From: an uncultured Gammaproteobacteria bacterium
Lineage (GTDB): Bacteria > Pseudomonadota > Gammaproteobacteria > JAADHQ01
Length of the DNA stretch: 64,000 bases
NCBI GenBank assembly: GCA_947258755.1
Contig: CAMYJO010000002.1
Location: 208,909 to 272,908, forward strand
Reading direction: 5' to 3'
Position 1 is the first letter of the stretch, and every line of letters begins with the position of its first letter. Below, piece by piece: positions 31,830 through 42,555 of this stretch. The notes under the pieces were generated by a model. The model did not search any database and was not told the origin of the DNA. It worked only from the letters and a program-made list of their open reading frames with translations. A program made the translations under genes and the position numbers.

Positions 31830-33146
31830 TTGTCCAAATCCAGATTTATAATCACTATTGTTTTGTTGTTAATGTTGGGTCGGGTCGGCGCTGAAGTTGA
31901 AAAAGCGAGGACGCTGCCCGAGCCACTGACGCTCAAAGATGCCTTGGCGTTGAGTAATAATGGACATCCCGACAACCTCGTGGCACGCAGTCGTTTACAG
32001 GCCGCCGAGGCCAGCAAGGAGAGTGTTGAAGCCGACAGTGGTCTGCAAACCAGCCTGCAGGGAAGGCTCAGATGGGTGGAGCCCGCAAGCCGTGTGCTGG
32101 ATCCGGAGCGCGATGATCATCGCATTGCTTTATTGGCAAAAAAACGTGTGTATGATTTTGGCCGTAGTTCAGCCAGTATCGCATCCGCAGACGCTGTGCT
32201 TAACTCACAGCAATGGCTTCTGCAGGACCAGCAGAATAAGCATCGCATCGAAATCATGCAGGCCTTTTTTAATGTCATCCTGGCTGACCTGGCCTATGCA
32301 CGCGACAATGAATTGATGGCTATTCAGTTTGTGCGATTTGATCGCGCCAAGGACAGAAACAATTTAGGACAGATACCGGATGTCGATTTACTGCAAGCGG
32401 AAAATAATTATTTTCAGGCGCGTAGTATCCGCTATGCAAGTGATGTCAAGCGCCGCGCAACGCGCTCGACGCTTGCGAATATACTCAATCATCCCGGCCA
32501 ACTGCCTGCCAATCTGGTGCGCCCGCAACTTGCCATGCTCGAACGTAAGCTGCCCGATATAGAACCATTACAACAACAGGCGCTTCAGAACAATCCTGCT
32601 TTGCAGGCGCTGCGACAGCAAGTGGAAGCGGCCCATCAGCAACTGAAGTCAGTGCGGGCACGAAAAAAACCAAGCATTGATCTGGAGCTGGAAGCGGCTG
32701 ACTACTCCAGGGACTTTCGTTTCAGTGATAAATTCCGAGCCGGTCTTGTATTCGAAATGCCCTTGAGTACCAGTGGTGCAATCGATGCGGCCATTGCACA
32801 ACAACAATCGGCGTTAACTGCAGCGCGCGCGCAGCAACAGAAAACGGAAATGGAGCTGCAGCAACAAGTGCTGGAATTATGGCAGCAACTCTATATTGTC
32901 CGCGCCCAGCGTGATGAAGCCGCCGTATTCTCTGAATACCGTGATACCGCCCTGGATGTAGATCGGGGTTTATATGAACTGGACGTGGCTGCAGATCTTG
33001 GTGATTCACTGGCGCTGTACTCTGCGGCGATTTATCAGTCGGCAAAGGCGGATTTTGATTATGCGCTGGCCTGGGCGCGCCTGGATGCGATAATGGGTAA
33101 GCAGGTCGGTGCCAATGAAAACAACGTGCAAGCACCCGAAAAGTGA
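31830..33146 (+). CDS. TolC-family outer-membrane efflux protein
   Basis: Signal peptide and OEP-family tandem repeats (LTLKDALALS..., NPALQALRQQVEAA...). 438 aa. Confidence 0.8.
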   Translation: MSKSRFIITIVLLLMLGRVGAEVEKARTLPEPLTLKDALALSNNGHPDNLVARSRLQAAEASKESVEADSGLQTSLQGRLRWVEPASRVLDPERDDHRIALLAKKRVYDFGRSSASIASADAVLNSQQWLLQDQQNKHRIEIMQAFFNVILADLAYARDNELMAIQFVRFDRAKDRNNLGQIPDVDLLQAENNYFQARSIRYASDVKRRATRSTLANILNHPGQLPANLVRPQLAMLERKLPDIEPLQQQALQNNPALQALRQQVEAAHQQLKSVRARKKPSIDLELEAADYSRDFRFSDKFRAGLVFEMPLSTSGAIDAAIAQQQSALTAARAQQQKTEMELQQQVLELWQQLYIVRAQRDEAAVFSEYRDTALDVDRGLYELDVAADLGDSLALYSAAIYQSAKADFDYALAWARLDAIMGKQVGANENNVQAPEK

Positions 33147-33153
33147 GTGACTT

Positions 33154-33927
33154 ATGAAACAGTTGAGAACGATGCAATGTGGCCTGGTGTTATTGGGCAG
33201 TTTATTGGCTGGACAGTCACTGGCGGCCGACAAACCTGCCGTGCTGGACTGGTATCAACCGATGTTGTTATCGACGCCAATGTCCGGGGTGGTCGAACAG
33301 GTATACGTCAGTAGCGGCCAGCGTCTGAAACCGAAGCAAAAATTACTAAGGCTCGACAGTCGTGGTTTCCGTGCCCGGGTCAGCAAGGCGGAAGCGGTGT
33401 TGAGCAGGGCGACAGAAAGCCATGCCGAGGCCAAGCTAGAGATGGAGCGTGCGCAGGAACTGTTTGATCGTACTGCGATCTCGGTACACGACCGTGAATT
33501 GGTCAGGATAGAATTCGCCAAGGCCATTGCCAATCTGAAAGAGGCCAAGGCTGAGCTGGTACAGGCGAAACTGGAGCTTGAATATAGCGAGATACGCGCC
33601 CCAAACGCCGGTATCGTACTACAGGTCTTTGCACACAAGGGTCAAACCGTTGTCCATCGATCTCAGTCCAAGCCACTGGTGGCGATGGCCTCGATGGATA
33701 AAATGCTGGCACGCGCGCATGTCAGTGCCGAGGACCTGGAGGGCCTGAAAATAGGTATGCGCATGGATGTCCGATTACAGGGACAGACGCTGACAGGGAA
33801 AGTACATCGCCTGGGCATGGAGCCGGTCAATCCACAACAACCGCCTATGTACCTGCTTGAAGTCGAATTCGATACCGCTGCCAAGAGCTACCGTAAAGGG
33901 CAGGAAGCCAGTATTATTTTACCGTGA
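33154..33927 (+). CDS. HlyD-family periplasmic adaptor (short membrane-fusion protein)
   Basis: Signal peptide, biotinyl/lipoyl-like hairpin and coiled-coil segments. 257 aa. 8 nt after the TolC-like gene. Confidence 0.7.
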   Translation: MKQLRTMQCGLVLLGSLLAGQSLAADKPAVLDWYQPMLLSTPMSGVVEQVYVSSGQRLKPKQKLLRLDSRGFRARVSKAEAVLSRATESHAEAKLEMERAQELFDRTAISVHDRELVRIEFAKAIANLKEAKAELVQAKLELEYSEIRAPNAGIVLQVFAHKGQTVVHRSQSKPLVAMASMDKMLARAHVSAEDLEGLKIGMRMDVRLQGQTLTGKVHRLGMEPVNPQQPPMYLLEVEFDTAAKSYRKGQEASIILP

Positions 33928-34193
33928 GCCTGTGTCGGCATTGTATTGTCAGCGGGCGAGTGCAGGGTGTTTTTTTCCGCGACTCGACCCGGCGTATGGC
34001 TGTCGAGCTGGGTGTTTCCGGTTATGCCAGGAATTTAGTCGATGGAACAGTAGAGGTGTTGGCTTGCGGCAGTGAACAGGCAGTCAATGCGTTGTGTGAC
34101 TGGTTAAGGCAAGGTCCGCCCTCGGCACGGGTTGATGATATTGTCTGTGAATTGCGTGACTATCGTGCCCAGGATGGGTTCAGCATTAGATAA
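33924..34193 (+). CDS. acyP: acylphosphatase
   Basis: VSGRVQGVFFR acylphosphatase signature; 89 aa; ATGA overlap with the adaptor gene. Confidence 0.85.
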   Translation: MSLCRHCIVSGRVQGVFFRDSTRRMAVELGVSGYARNLVDGTVEVLACGSEQAVNALCDWLRQGPPSARVDDIVCELRDYRAQDGFSIR

Positions 34194-34218
34194 GACAGTA
34201 GCTCATCTATATTAATGA

Positions 34219-34794
34219 CTACTGTCTGTACCAACGCCTATGCAAGGCCTTGAATACCTTGTCCGGATATTTGCGTTTGCCAACACTGCCATTATAGCGC
34301 GCCAGTGCTTTGGTCTTGTCATTTTTTTCCTTGTCGAGGTAGTAACGCAATATCGTACAGCCCATGCGTAGGTTGACGCGTATATCAAACATGTTTTCAT
34401 GCGGTTTGCCTATTTCCTTGAGCCAGAATGGCATCACCTGCATCAGTCCTCTGGCGCCCACGGAAGAGATGGCAAAACGGTCGAAGGCGCTTTCAATCTG
34501 AATAACAGCAAGCACCAGTTCCGGATCCAGATTGGCACGCGTGGCTTCCTCGTGCAGTACTTTGAGGATGGTGATGCGCTCATCCTTGTTTTTGACATAA
34601 CGGCGCATGCGCAGTGACATGTCGGTTAGCCAGACTTCGGCGGCATACTTGTCCTTGAAGCTTTGCGAGTCATTGATGGCCTCGATCAAACGCTTGCGTA
34701 AATCAGTATCCAATGACTGTGTGGATGCCTGCAGCAATGGGGCTGTGCATAGAAGGCAGCATAGGAGGCTGTAATGGATAAATTTATTAAACAT
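34219..34794 (-). CDS. lytic transglycosylase domain protein (SLT family)
   Basis: Signal peptide and SLT catalytic motif (IQIESAFDRFAISSVGARGLMQVMP). Confidence 0.8.
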   Translation of the reverse strand: MFNKFIHYSLLCCLLCTAPLLQASTQSLDTDLRKRLIEAINDSQSFKDKYAAEVWLTDMSLRMRRYVKNKDERITILKVLHEEATRANLDPELVLAVIQIESAFDRFAISSVGARGLMQVMPFWLKEIGKPHENMFDIRVNLRMGCTILRYYLDKEKNDKTKALARYNGSVGKRKYPDKVFKALHRRWYRQ

Positions 34795-34807
34795 ATTATT
34801 TTAAGGG

Positions 34808-36520
34808 TTAATACCCTGATAGCTTCGTTTTAAGGAATTCAATCATATTATCGGCGTCGATAAAAGATGCTTTATCATCAGTTCGGCCTTTATATTCCAG
34901 TTCACCCTTGTCCAGGCCTTTTTCACTGATAACAATACGATGCGGAATACCGATCAGCTCCATATCGGCAAACATGAAGCCGGGGCGGACATTGCGGTCG
35001 TCGAGCAGGACATCAAAACCATTGTCGACCAAGGTCTGGTAATAGTCTTCAACGGCACTGCGTACTTTATCTGACTTGTGCATACCGACTGGAACCAGGG
35101 CGACCTCGAACGGCGCCAGTGCCTGCGGCCAGACGATGCCGTTGTCATCATGATTTTGTTCGATGGCCGAGGCGACAACACGCGAAACACCGATACCGTA
35201 ACAGCCCATGGTCATGGTGCTGGACTTGCCGTTCTCATCCAGAACATTGGCTTGCAGGGCCTCGCTGTATTTTGTACCGAGCTGAAAAATATGACCGACC
35301 TCAATCCCGCGCACAATCGATAACGTGCCCTTACCGTCTGGGCTGGGATCACCCTCAACAACATTACGGATATCCACCGCCTCAAAGTCGCCGCCGTCGC
35401 GCTGCCAGTTCGCGCCGGTATAGTGAAATCCGTCTTCGTTCGCGCCACAGACAAAATCGGCCAGCACCGCTGCACTGTGATCAACCAGGGTACGCACCGA
35501 CAGATTCAACGGACCTATAGAGCCGGGTTTGCAGCCGCAGACCTGCTCGACTTGTTGCTCGTTGGCAAAACACATGGGTGAGGCTATGCCGCTGATTTTT
35601 TCCAGTTTGATCTCGTTTAGTTCGTGATCGCCACGCAAGACCAGGGCAATAATGTCATCGTCTTTTCCCTGAACCAGTAGTGTCTTCACGCATTGCGAAG
35701 GCGGAACACCGAGGAACTGACTAACTTCCTCGATACTGTGCTGGTTTGGCGTGGCTGTTTTTTGTAACTCGGCTGTTGCCGCAGGGCGAGGGGTGTCAGG
35801 GGCGAGGGCCGGGGCCTTTTCGACATTAGCGGCATATTGACTGCTATCGGAGAAGGCAATCGCATCTTCGCCCGAGTCAGCCAATACATGAAACTCATGC
35901 GATGTATTGCCACCTATGCTGCCGGTGTCGGCCTCTACTGGCCGGTATTTCAGGCCCAGCCTGGAAAATATACGGCTGTAGGTCTCGAACATGATGTCAT
36001 AGGTCTGCTGTAGTGATTCCTGAGTCAGGTGAAAGGAGTAGGCATCTTTCATCAGGAATTCTCGCGCACGCATAATGCCAAAACGTGGTCGTACCTCATC
36101 CCGAAACTTGGTCTGGATTTGATAATAATTCACTGGCAGTTGTTTATAGCTGCGTAATTCACGACGCACCATGTCGGTGATGACCTCTTCATGGGTTGGG
36201 CCATAACAAAAATCGCGTTGGTGGCGATCATGGAAGCGCAGTAGTTCCGGACCATATTGCTCCCAGCGGCCGGATTCTTGCCAGAGTTCAGACGGTTGTA
36301 CTGAAGGCATTAGTATTTCGAGCGCACCGGCACGGTCCATTTCCTCGCGGACAATGGTTTCGGCCTTACGTAGTATGCGTAAACCTAATGGTAACCAGGT
36401 ATACACGCCGGCAGCCAGTTTGCGAATCATGCCACTGCGTAGCATCAGCTGATGGCTGGCTACCTCGGCGTCAGAGGGGACTTCTTTGATGGTCGACAGA
36501 GGGAAACGTGAAACTCGCAT
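34808..36520 (-). CDS. proS: prolyl-tRNA synthetase
   Basis: 570 aa bacterial-type ProRS with editing insertion ([19 protein letters not shown]...). Confidence 0.95.
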   Translation of the reverse strand: MRVSRFPLSTIKEVPSDAEVASHQLMLRSGMIRKLAAGVYTWLPLGLRILRKAETIVREEMDRAGALEILMPSVQPSELWQESGRWEQYGPELLRFHDRHQRDFCYGPTHEEVITDMVRRELRSYKQLPVNYYQIQTKFRDEVRPRFGIMRAREFLMKDAYSFHLTQESLQQTYDIMFETYSRIFSRLGLKYRPVEADTGSIGGNTSHEFHVLADSGEDAIAFSDSSQYAANVEKAPALAPDTPRPAATAELQKTATPNQHSIEEVSQFLGVPPSQCVKTLLVQGKDDDIIALVLRGDHELNEIKLEKISGIASPMCFANEQQVEQVCGCKPGSIGPLNLSVRTLVDHSAAVLADFVCGANEDGFHYTGANWQRDGGDFEAVDIRNVVEGDPSPDGKGTLSIVRGIEVGHIFQLGTKYSEALQANVLDENGKSSTMTMGCYGIGVSRVVASAIEQNHDDNGIVWPQALAPFEVALVPVGMHKSDKVRSAVEDYYQTLVDNGFDVLLDDRNVRPGFMFADMELIGIPHRIVISEKGLDKGELEYKGRTDDKASFIDADNMIEFLKTKLSGY

Positions 36521-36607
36521 ATGACTGAATTGATCCTGTAATTATAAAAGACTGCAGCCGCTGCCGAATGTGTATCGATGGCAATGGCGACGTGAGCTGG
36601 TGGTAAA

Positions 36608-36865
36608 TTATTCTGTTTCCGGCAGTGCCGGTACAATGTTCGTGTTATGTAAATATTCCTGTTCTGTATAGGGCGTGCCAGCGCTTGGCGGTATTGAGGT
36701 GATTTGCCAGACACCATTATTGTCACGCCATTTATACACCTTGCTCGTGCTCTGCTCTTGACCGATCGATTTTAAAACCCAGTTTTTAACATCCTGATCC
36801 AAATAGGCAGTGATGCCGACAAGTGCGGCAATGATAAGCAAAATCAAAAAAATATTCTTTAGCAT
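36608..36865 (-). CDS. DUF4124-domain membrane-anchored protein
   Basis: N-terminal TM segment followed by the YKWRDNNGVWQITSIPP motif typical of DUF4124. Confidence 0.6.
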   Translation of the reverse strand: MLKNIFLILLIIAALVGITAYLDQDVKNWVLKSIGQEQSTSKVYKWRDNNGVWQITSIPPSAGTPYTEQEYLHNTNIVPALPETE

Positions 36866-36884
36866 TTAATAATCCCAGAGGTGA

Positions 36885-37229
36885 TTAGAAGGTGTCGCTG
36901 TTCCAGCCCCACAGATGACGTTCGGCCGCGGAGAATTCGATATATATTCTGTCGCGATTGATATCAAGTCGGGCGTTGATAAAATCGCATAATTGTTTTG
37001 AAAATTCACCGCTGCGGGATTCAGGCAGGCCAATGCTTTTCAATTCCAGATAAGCCAGTGGTTCAGCGCTGCCGGCAAATAACATGGACAGCCCTGATTG
37101 AATCTCGACCATGATATAGCTTTCAGGTTTACCCAGCATCGTGGCCAGTAATGGACTCATAGCAGCGGCCAGTTCAGATTCAGACTCTTTATCGAGCACC
37201 TGGTTGGTGCTGATTTTCAGATAGGGCAT
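36885..37229 (-). CDS. MIF / D-dopachrome tautomerase family protein (bacterial MIF homologue)
   Basis: 114 aa that aligns along its full length to macrophage migration inhibitory factor: Pro-1 start MPYLKISTN, ...GKPESYIMVEI..., ...SAEPLAYLELKSIG..., ...RIYIEF... and a ...GWNSDTF C-terminus. Confidence 0.8.
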   Translation of the reverse strand: MPYLKISTNQVLDKESESELAAAMSPLLATMLGKPESYIMVEIQSGLSMLFAGSAEPLAYLELKSIGLPESRSGEFSKQLCDFINARLDINRDRIYIEFSAAERHLWGWNSDTF

Positions 37230-37265
37230 TACTGGTAGCCGAAACCGTGAGCTGAAATGTGAAGC

Positions 37266-37724
37266 TTATTTTTTATCACATGCCTTCTCTATTTCTTCTT
37301 GAATTTTTTCGATTTCCTGTAACTGTTCTTCGTAGGGAACTTCGACCAATTCACCATTTTCGTTTTTTGCCACGCGTCGCTTGCCCAAGTAAAGTTGCAG
37401 GTTGTTACGCAAAGCGATGCAATTTTGCTCGCGTTGTTTTTCTTCCAGGGCCTTTTTCTGCGCCTGTTCTTCCTGTTTCTTTTGCTCTTCCTGACGCTTA
37501 TTGAATTCCTCGGTTTGTTTGTCCAGAATGACTTTCTGTTCGGTGGTCCCGGTAGGGGTCGCCGTGTGCGGATTCAGGGTCTCGGCCTTCTGGTTCACAG
37601 GAGGTTTGTCGGTATAGTGGACCTGACCCGCGGAATCGGTCCATTTATATAGTCCGGCCAGACTCGTCCCCGAAACCATCATCGCTATCAGGATCCACAT
37701 TATTCGCTGTCTGTAGCCGTTCAT
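37266..37724 (-). CDS. DUF4124-domain protein with coiled-coil Q/E/K-rich tail
   Basis: Signal/anchor, then LYKWTDSAGQVHYTDKPP (DUF4124), then a charged low-complexity region. Confidence 0.6.
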   Translation of the reverse strand: MNGYRQRIMWILIAMMVSGTSLAGLYKWTDSAGQVHYTDKPPVNQKAETLNPHTATPTGTTEQKVILDKQTEEFNKRQEEQKKQEEQAQKKALEEKQREQNCIALRNNLQLYLGKRRVAKNENGELVEVPYEEQLQEIEKIQEEIEKACDKK

Positions 37725-38048
37725 ATCTGCTTCCCGTTGGTAAAGTTGTCGAATATTAGATTATGATGAAAATACCCATGAAGACAAGGAAAATTTCCTG
37801 CTAATTCTGCGGGTTATGTCTGGTTTTCGGTATGATCCGCTCAAATGAGGCCATTGTAGTGGAAATTTTGTTATTTTTCTTGACCTTCGTGAACAATAAC
37901 AGTACTTTCTAATGTTTTACGATTTTGCTGCAGGCGGCCCGTTTATACGGGCATTTTTCGTCCAATATTCAGGGTTTTTTGACATCATCCTGGGTTAGGT
38001 GCTGCCGGTGGTGAATAAAATCATTGTTAAATCAAGGGGAAAACCAAG

Positions 38049-39743
38049 GTGGAAATAACCGGTGCCGAGATCTTTGTCCGCTGCCTCGAAGATGAAGGGG
38101 TCGATTGCCTGTTTGGTTATCCAGGCGGTGCGGTATTGCATATCTACGATGCCCTATACCGGCAGGACAAGGTCAAGCATTTCCTGGTACGACATGAACA
38201 GGCGGCCACGCACGCTGCAGACGGTTATGCGCGCGCCACCGGAAAACCGGGTGTTGTCCTGGTCACTTCCGGACCGGGAGCCACGAATGCGGTTACCGGT
38301 ATTGCCACGGCGCATTTGGACTCAATACCCTTGGTTGTCTTTACTGGTCAGGTGCCGACCAGTCTGATCGGCAATGATGCCTTTCAGGAGGTCGACTCGG
38401 TTGGCATTACCCGTCCCTGCGTGAAGCATAATTTCCTCGTCAAGGACATCAAAGACCTGGCTACCACGATCAAAAAGGCCTTTTATGTGGCTACCACCGG
38501 TCGCCCGGGTCCGGTTGTCGTTGATATACCCAAGGATGTGACCGCGCAACGTGCTGAATACCATTATCCTGCCGAGGTCTCCTTGCGTTCGTATAATCCT
38601 GTGGTCAAGGGTCATATTGGCCAAATTCGGCGTGCAGTAAAATTGATGGCACAAGCAAAACGGCCGATGCTTTATACCGGTGGCGGCGTGGTGCTGGATA
38701 ATGCCAGTGAGGAATTGACCGAACTGACGCGCTTATTGAATTTCCCGATTACCGAGACATTAATGGGCCTGGGTGCCTACCCGGCAACCGACAAACAGTT
38801 TGTCGGCATGCTCGGTATGCATGGTACCTATGAAGCCAACCTGGGCATGCATAATTGCGATGTGCTGGTGGCCATAGGTGCGCGCTTTGACGATCGCGTT
38901 ACCGGTAATATCGAGAAATTCTGCCCGACAGCGAAAATCATCCATATCGATATCGATCCGGCCTCTATTTCTAAAAATGTAAAGGTCGATGTACCGATTG
39001 TCGGCAGTGTCAGGGCCGTGCTCAAGGATATGCTCAAACTGGTTCGAGGTAGCAGCTTCAAGACTGATGAAGCGGCGCTGGCCGAATGGTGGAAGCAGAT
39101 CGAGGAGTGGCGTTCGATGGATTGCCTCAAATATGACAGCAGCGGACCCGTGATCAAACCGCAGATGGTGGTAGAAAAACTGTACCAGGTCACTAATGGT
39201 GAAGCCTTCGTGACCTCGGATGTCGGTCAGCACCAGATGTGGGCCGCGCAGTATTATAAATTCGACCAGCCCAGGCGCTGGATCAATTCCGGTGGCCTCG
39301 GCACGATGGGCTTCGGCATGCCGGCTGCGATGGGCGTACAATTGGCCTATCCGGATGCGACCGTTGCCTGTATTACCGGTGAAGGCAGTATCCAGATGAA
39401 TATCCAGGAGCTGTCAACATTGAAGCAATACGGATTGCCGATCAAGGTCATCACCCTGAATAATGGCTACCTGGGCATGGTGCGCCAGTGGCAGGAGTTT
39501 TTCTATGACAAGCGTTATGCCATGTCGTACATGGAATCGCTGCCGGATTTTGTCAAACTGGCCGAGAGTTATGGACATGCGGGTATCCGTGTAGAGAAGC
39601 CGTCTGATGTTGAAGGTGCCTTGAAGGAAGCGATGAGCGTCCGCGATCGAGTTGTATTCATGGACTTCATTACCGACAAGGAAGAAAATGTTTATCCGAT
39701 GATTCCTGCGGGCGCGGGACAAAATGAAATGATTCTGGTGTAA
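38049..39743 (+). CDS. ilvI: acetolactate synthase large subunit
   Basis: GTG start with AAGGGGA RBS about 10 nt upstream. TPP-binding motifs. 564 aa. Confidence 0.9.
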   Translation: MEITGAEIFVRCLEDEGVDCLFGYPGGAVLHIYDALYRQDKVKHFLVRHEQAATHAADGYARATGKPGVVLVTSGPGATNAVTGIATAHLDSIPLVVFTGQVPTSLIGNDAFQEVDSVGITRPCVKHNFLVKDIKDLATTIKKAFYVATTGRPGPVVVDIPKDVTAQRAEYHYPAEVSLRSYNPVVKGHIGQIRRAVKLMAQAKRPMLYTGGGVVLDNASEELTELTRLLNFPITETLMGLGAYPATDKQFVGMLGMHGTYEANLGMHNCDVLVAIGARFDDRVTGNIEKFCPTAKIIHIDIDPASISKNVKVDVPIVGSVRAVLKDMLKLVRGSSFKTDEAALAEWWKQIEEWRSMDCLKYDSSGPVIKPQMVVEKLYQVTNGEAFVTSDVGQHQMWAAQYYKFDQPRRWINSGGLGTMGFGMPAAMGVQLAYPDATVACITGEGSIQMNIQELSTLKQYGLPIKVITLNNGYLGMVRQWQEFFYDKRYAMSYMESLPDFVKLAESYGHAGIRVEKPSDVEGALKEAMSVRDRVVFMDFITDKEENVYPMIPAGAGQNEMILV

Positions 39744-39747
39744 CTCT

Positions 39748-41291
<1,544 letters not shown>

Positions 41292-41316
41292 CACGAATTG
41301 TCTATCGTACTATGAA

Positions 41317-41351
41317 AGGGGCGTGAACGTAGTTCGCGTCCCTTTTTTTTT
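41317..41351 (+). terminator. rho-independent terminator after ilvC
   Basis: 11-bp stem ggggcgtgaac/gttcgcgtccc (two G-U pairs) with a 3-nt loop, followed by T9. Confidence 0.8.
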
Positions 41352-41472
41352 AACGATAAAAGTACTGTTAGCTTACTGTCAGTCCGGCCCGAACGGGTAA
41401 TCCATGAAAATATGGGCCAATAAAGCTGATATGTTATACTGATATTGAAAAATTTACCCGGCTTGCGGAATA

Positions 41473-42303
41473 GTGTCAGGAAACCTTATGACTGAAGAAA
41501 ATATAAAAACAGTGCAGGATCCGACTGAAGAAAAAAAACCGAGGAGGGCGATCTACTTACTGCCTAACCTGTTTACAACGGCGGGTCTGTTTGCCGGTTT
41601 CTATGCCATTATCCTGGCCATGCAGGGACGTTTTACCGCGGCGGCTATTTCCGTGATAGTAGCCATGTTGCTGGATGGTATTGATGGTCGCGTCGCGCGC
41701 ATGACCAACACCCAGAGTGAGTTCGGTGCGCAATATGACAGCATCGCCGATATGGTTTCTTTTGGCCTGGCCCCGGCCCTGGTCATGTATCAGTGGTCGC
41801 TGGTGAGCCTGGTGGAATTGGGTGAGCAGTGGGGCAAGTTTGGTTGGTTGGCGGCATTCTTTTATGCTGCTATGGCGGCGTTGAGGTTGGCGCGCTTTAA
41901 TGTGCAGATCGGCACGCTGGATAAAAAGTATTTTATGGGGCTAGCCAGTCCGTCAGCGGCGACCTTGCTGGTTTCATTTATCTGGGTCTTTGATGATCTT
42001 GACTTGAAGGGCAGTGAAAGTTATTTGCTGGTGCCGTCACTACTGTTGACTATCCTTGCCGGCGTGTTGATGGTGAGTCCGGTATTATATAATAGCTTTA
42101 AAGACCAGAGTCGGAAGGAAAAGGTGCCTTTTGTTGGTATCCTGATCGTGGTGTTGATCTTTATCTTGGTGACAATCGATCCGCCCAAGGTATTCTTTGG
42201 GGTATTTCTTCTGTATGCCTTATCGGGCCCATTCATGATGCTGTTGCGCTGGAAGCGTAAAAAAATGCAAACAAATAGCGAAACCCCGGCGGATCAGGGC
42301 TAA
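41473..42303 (+). CDS. pssA: CDP-diacylglycerol--serine O-phosphatidyltransferase
   Basis: CDP-alcohol phosphatidyltransferase motif (DGIDGRVARMTNTQSEFGAQYDSIADMV). 276 aa. Confidence 0.85.
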   Translation: MSGNLMTEENIKTVQDPTEEKKPRRAIYLLPNLFTTAGLFAGFYAIILAMQGRFTAAAISVIVAMLLDGIDGRVARMTNTQSEFGAQYDSIADMVSFGLAPALVMYQWSLVSLVELGEQWGKFGWLAAFFYAAMAALRLARFNVQIGTLDKKYFMGLASPSAATLLVSFIWVFDDLDLKGSESYLLVPSLLLTILAGVLMVSPVLYNSFKDQSRKEKVPFVGILIVVLIFILVTIDPPKVFFGVFLLYALSGPFMMLLRWKRKKMQTNSETPADQG

Positions 42304-42555
42304 GGTACTTGGCAAATTCGGTTATTCGGGCTATATTTACTCTATGTTTGCTACAAACCATCAATTAGACGTTATTTTCAGTCAGGCCGCTCATGCGGTT
42401 ACTGCTGCTCCTCTTTCTTTGTCTCTGCTGCTACTGCCGTAAGGCAGCTACCAGATCCCCTGGCGAGGGTTACAGCGCGATTCCAAAACCGACTATCTAT
42501 AATACCCAAAGGCACGCGCCTGGGGTAAAATGCCCATATAACTGGAGCCAGGAAC

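Noticed and set aside
38322-39341. Several minus-strand ORFs (110-193 aa) inside ilvI, and the 294-aa ORF 40410-41294 inside ilvC
   Set aside because: Antisense shadows of highly conserved biosynthetic genes.
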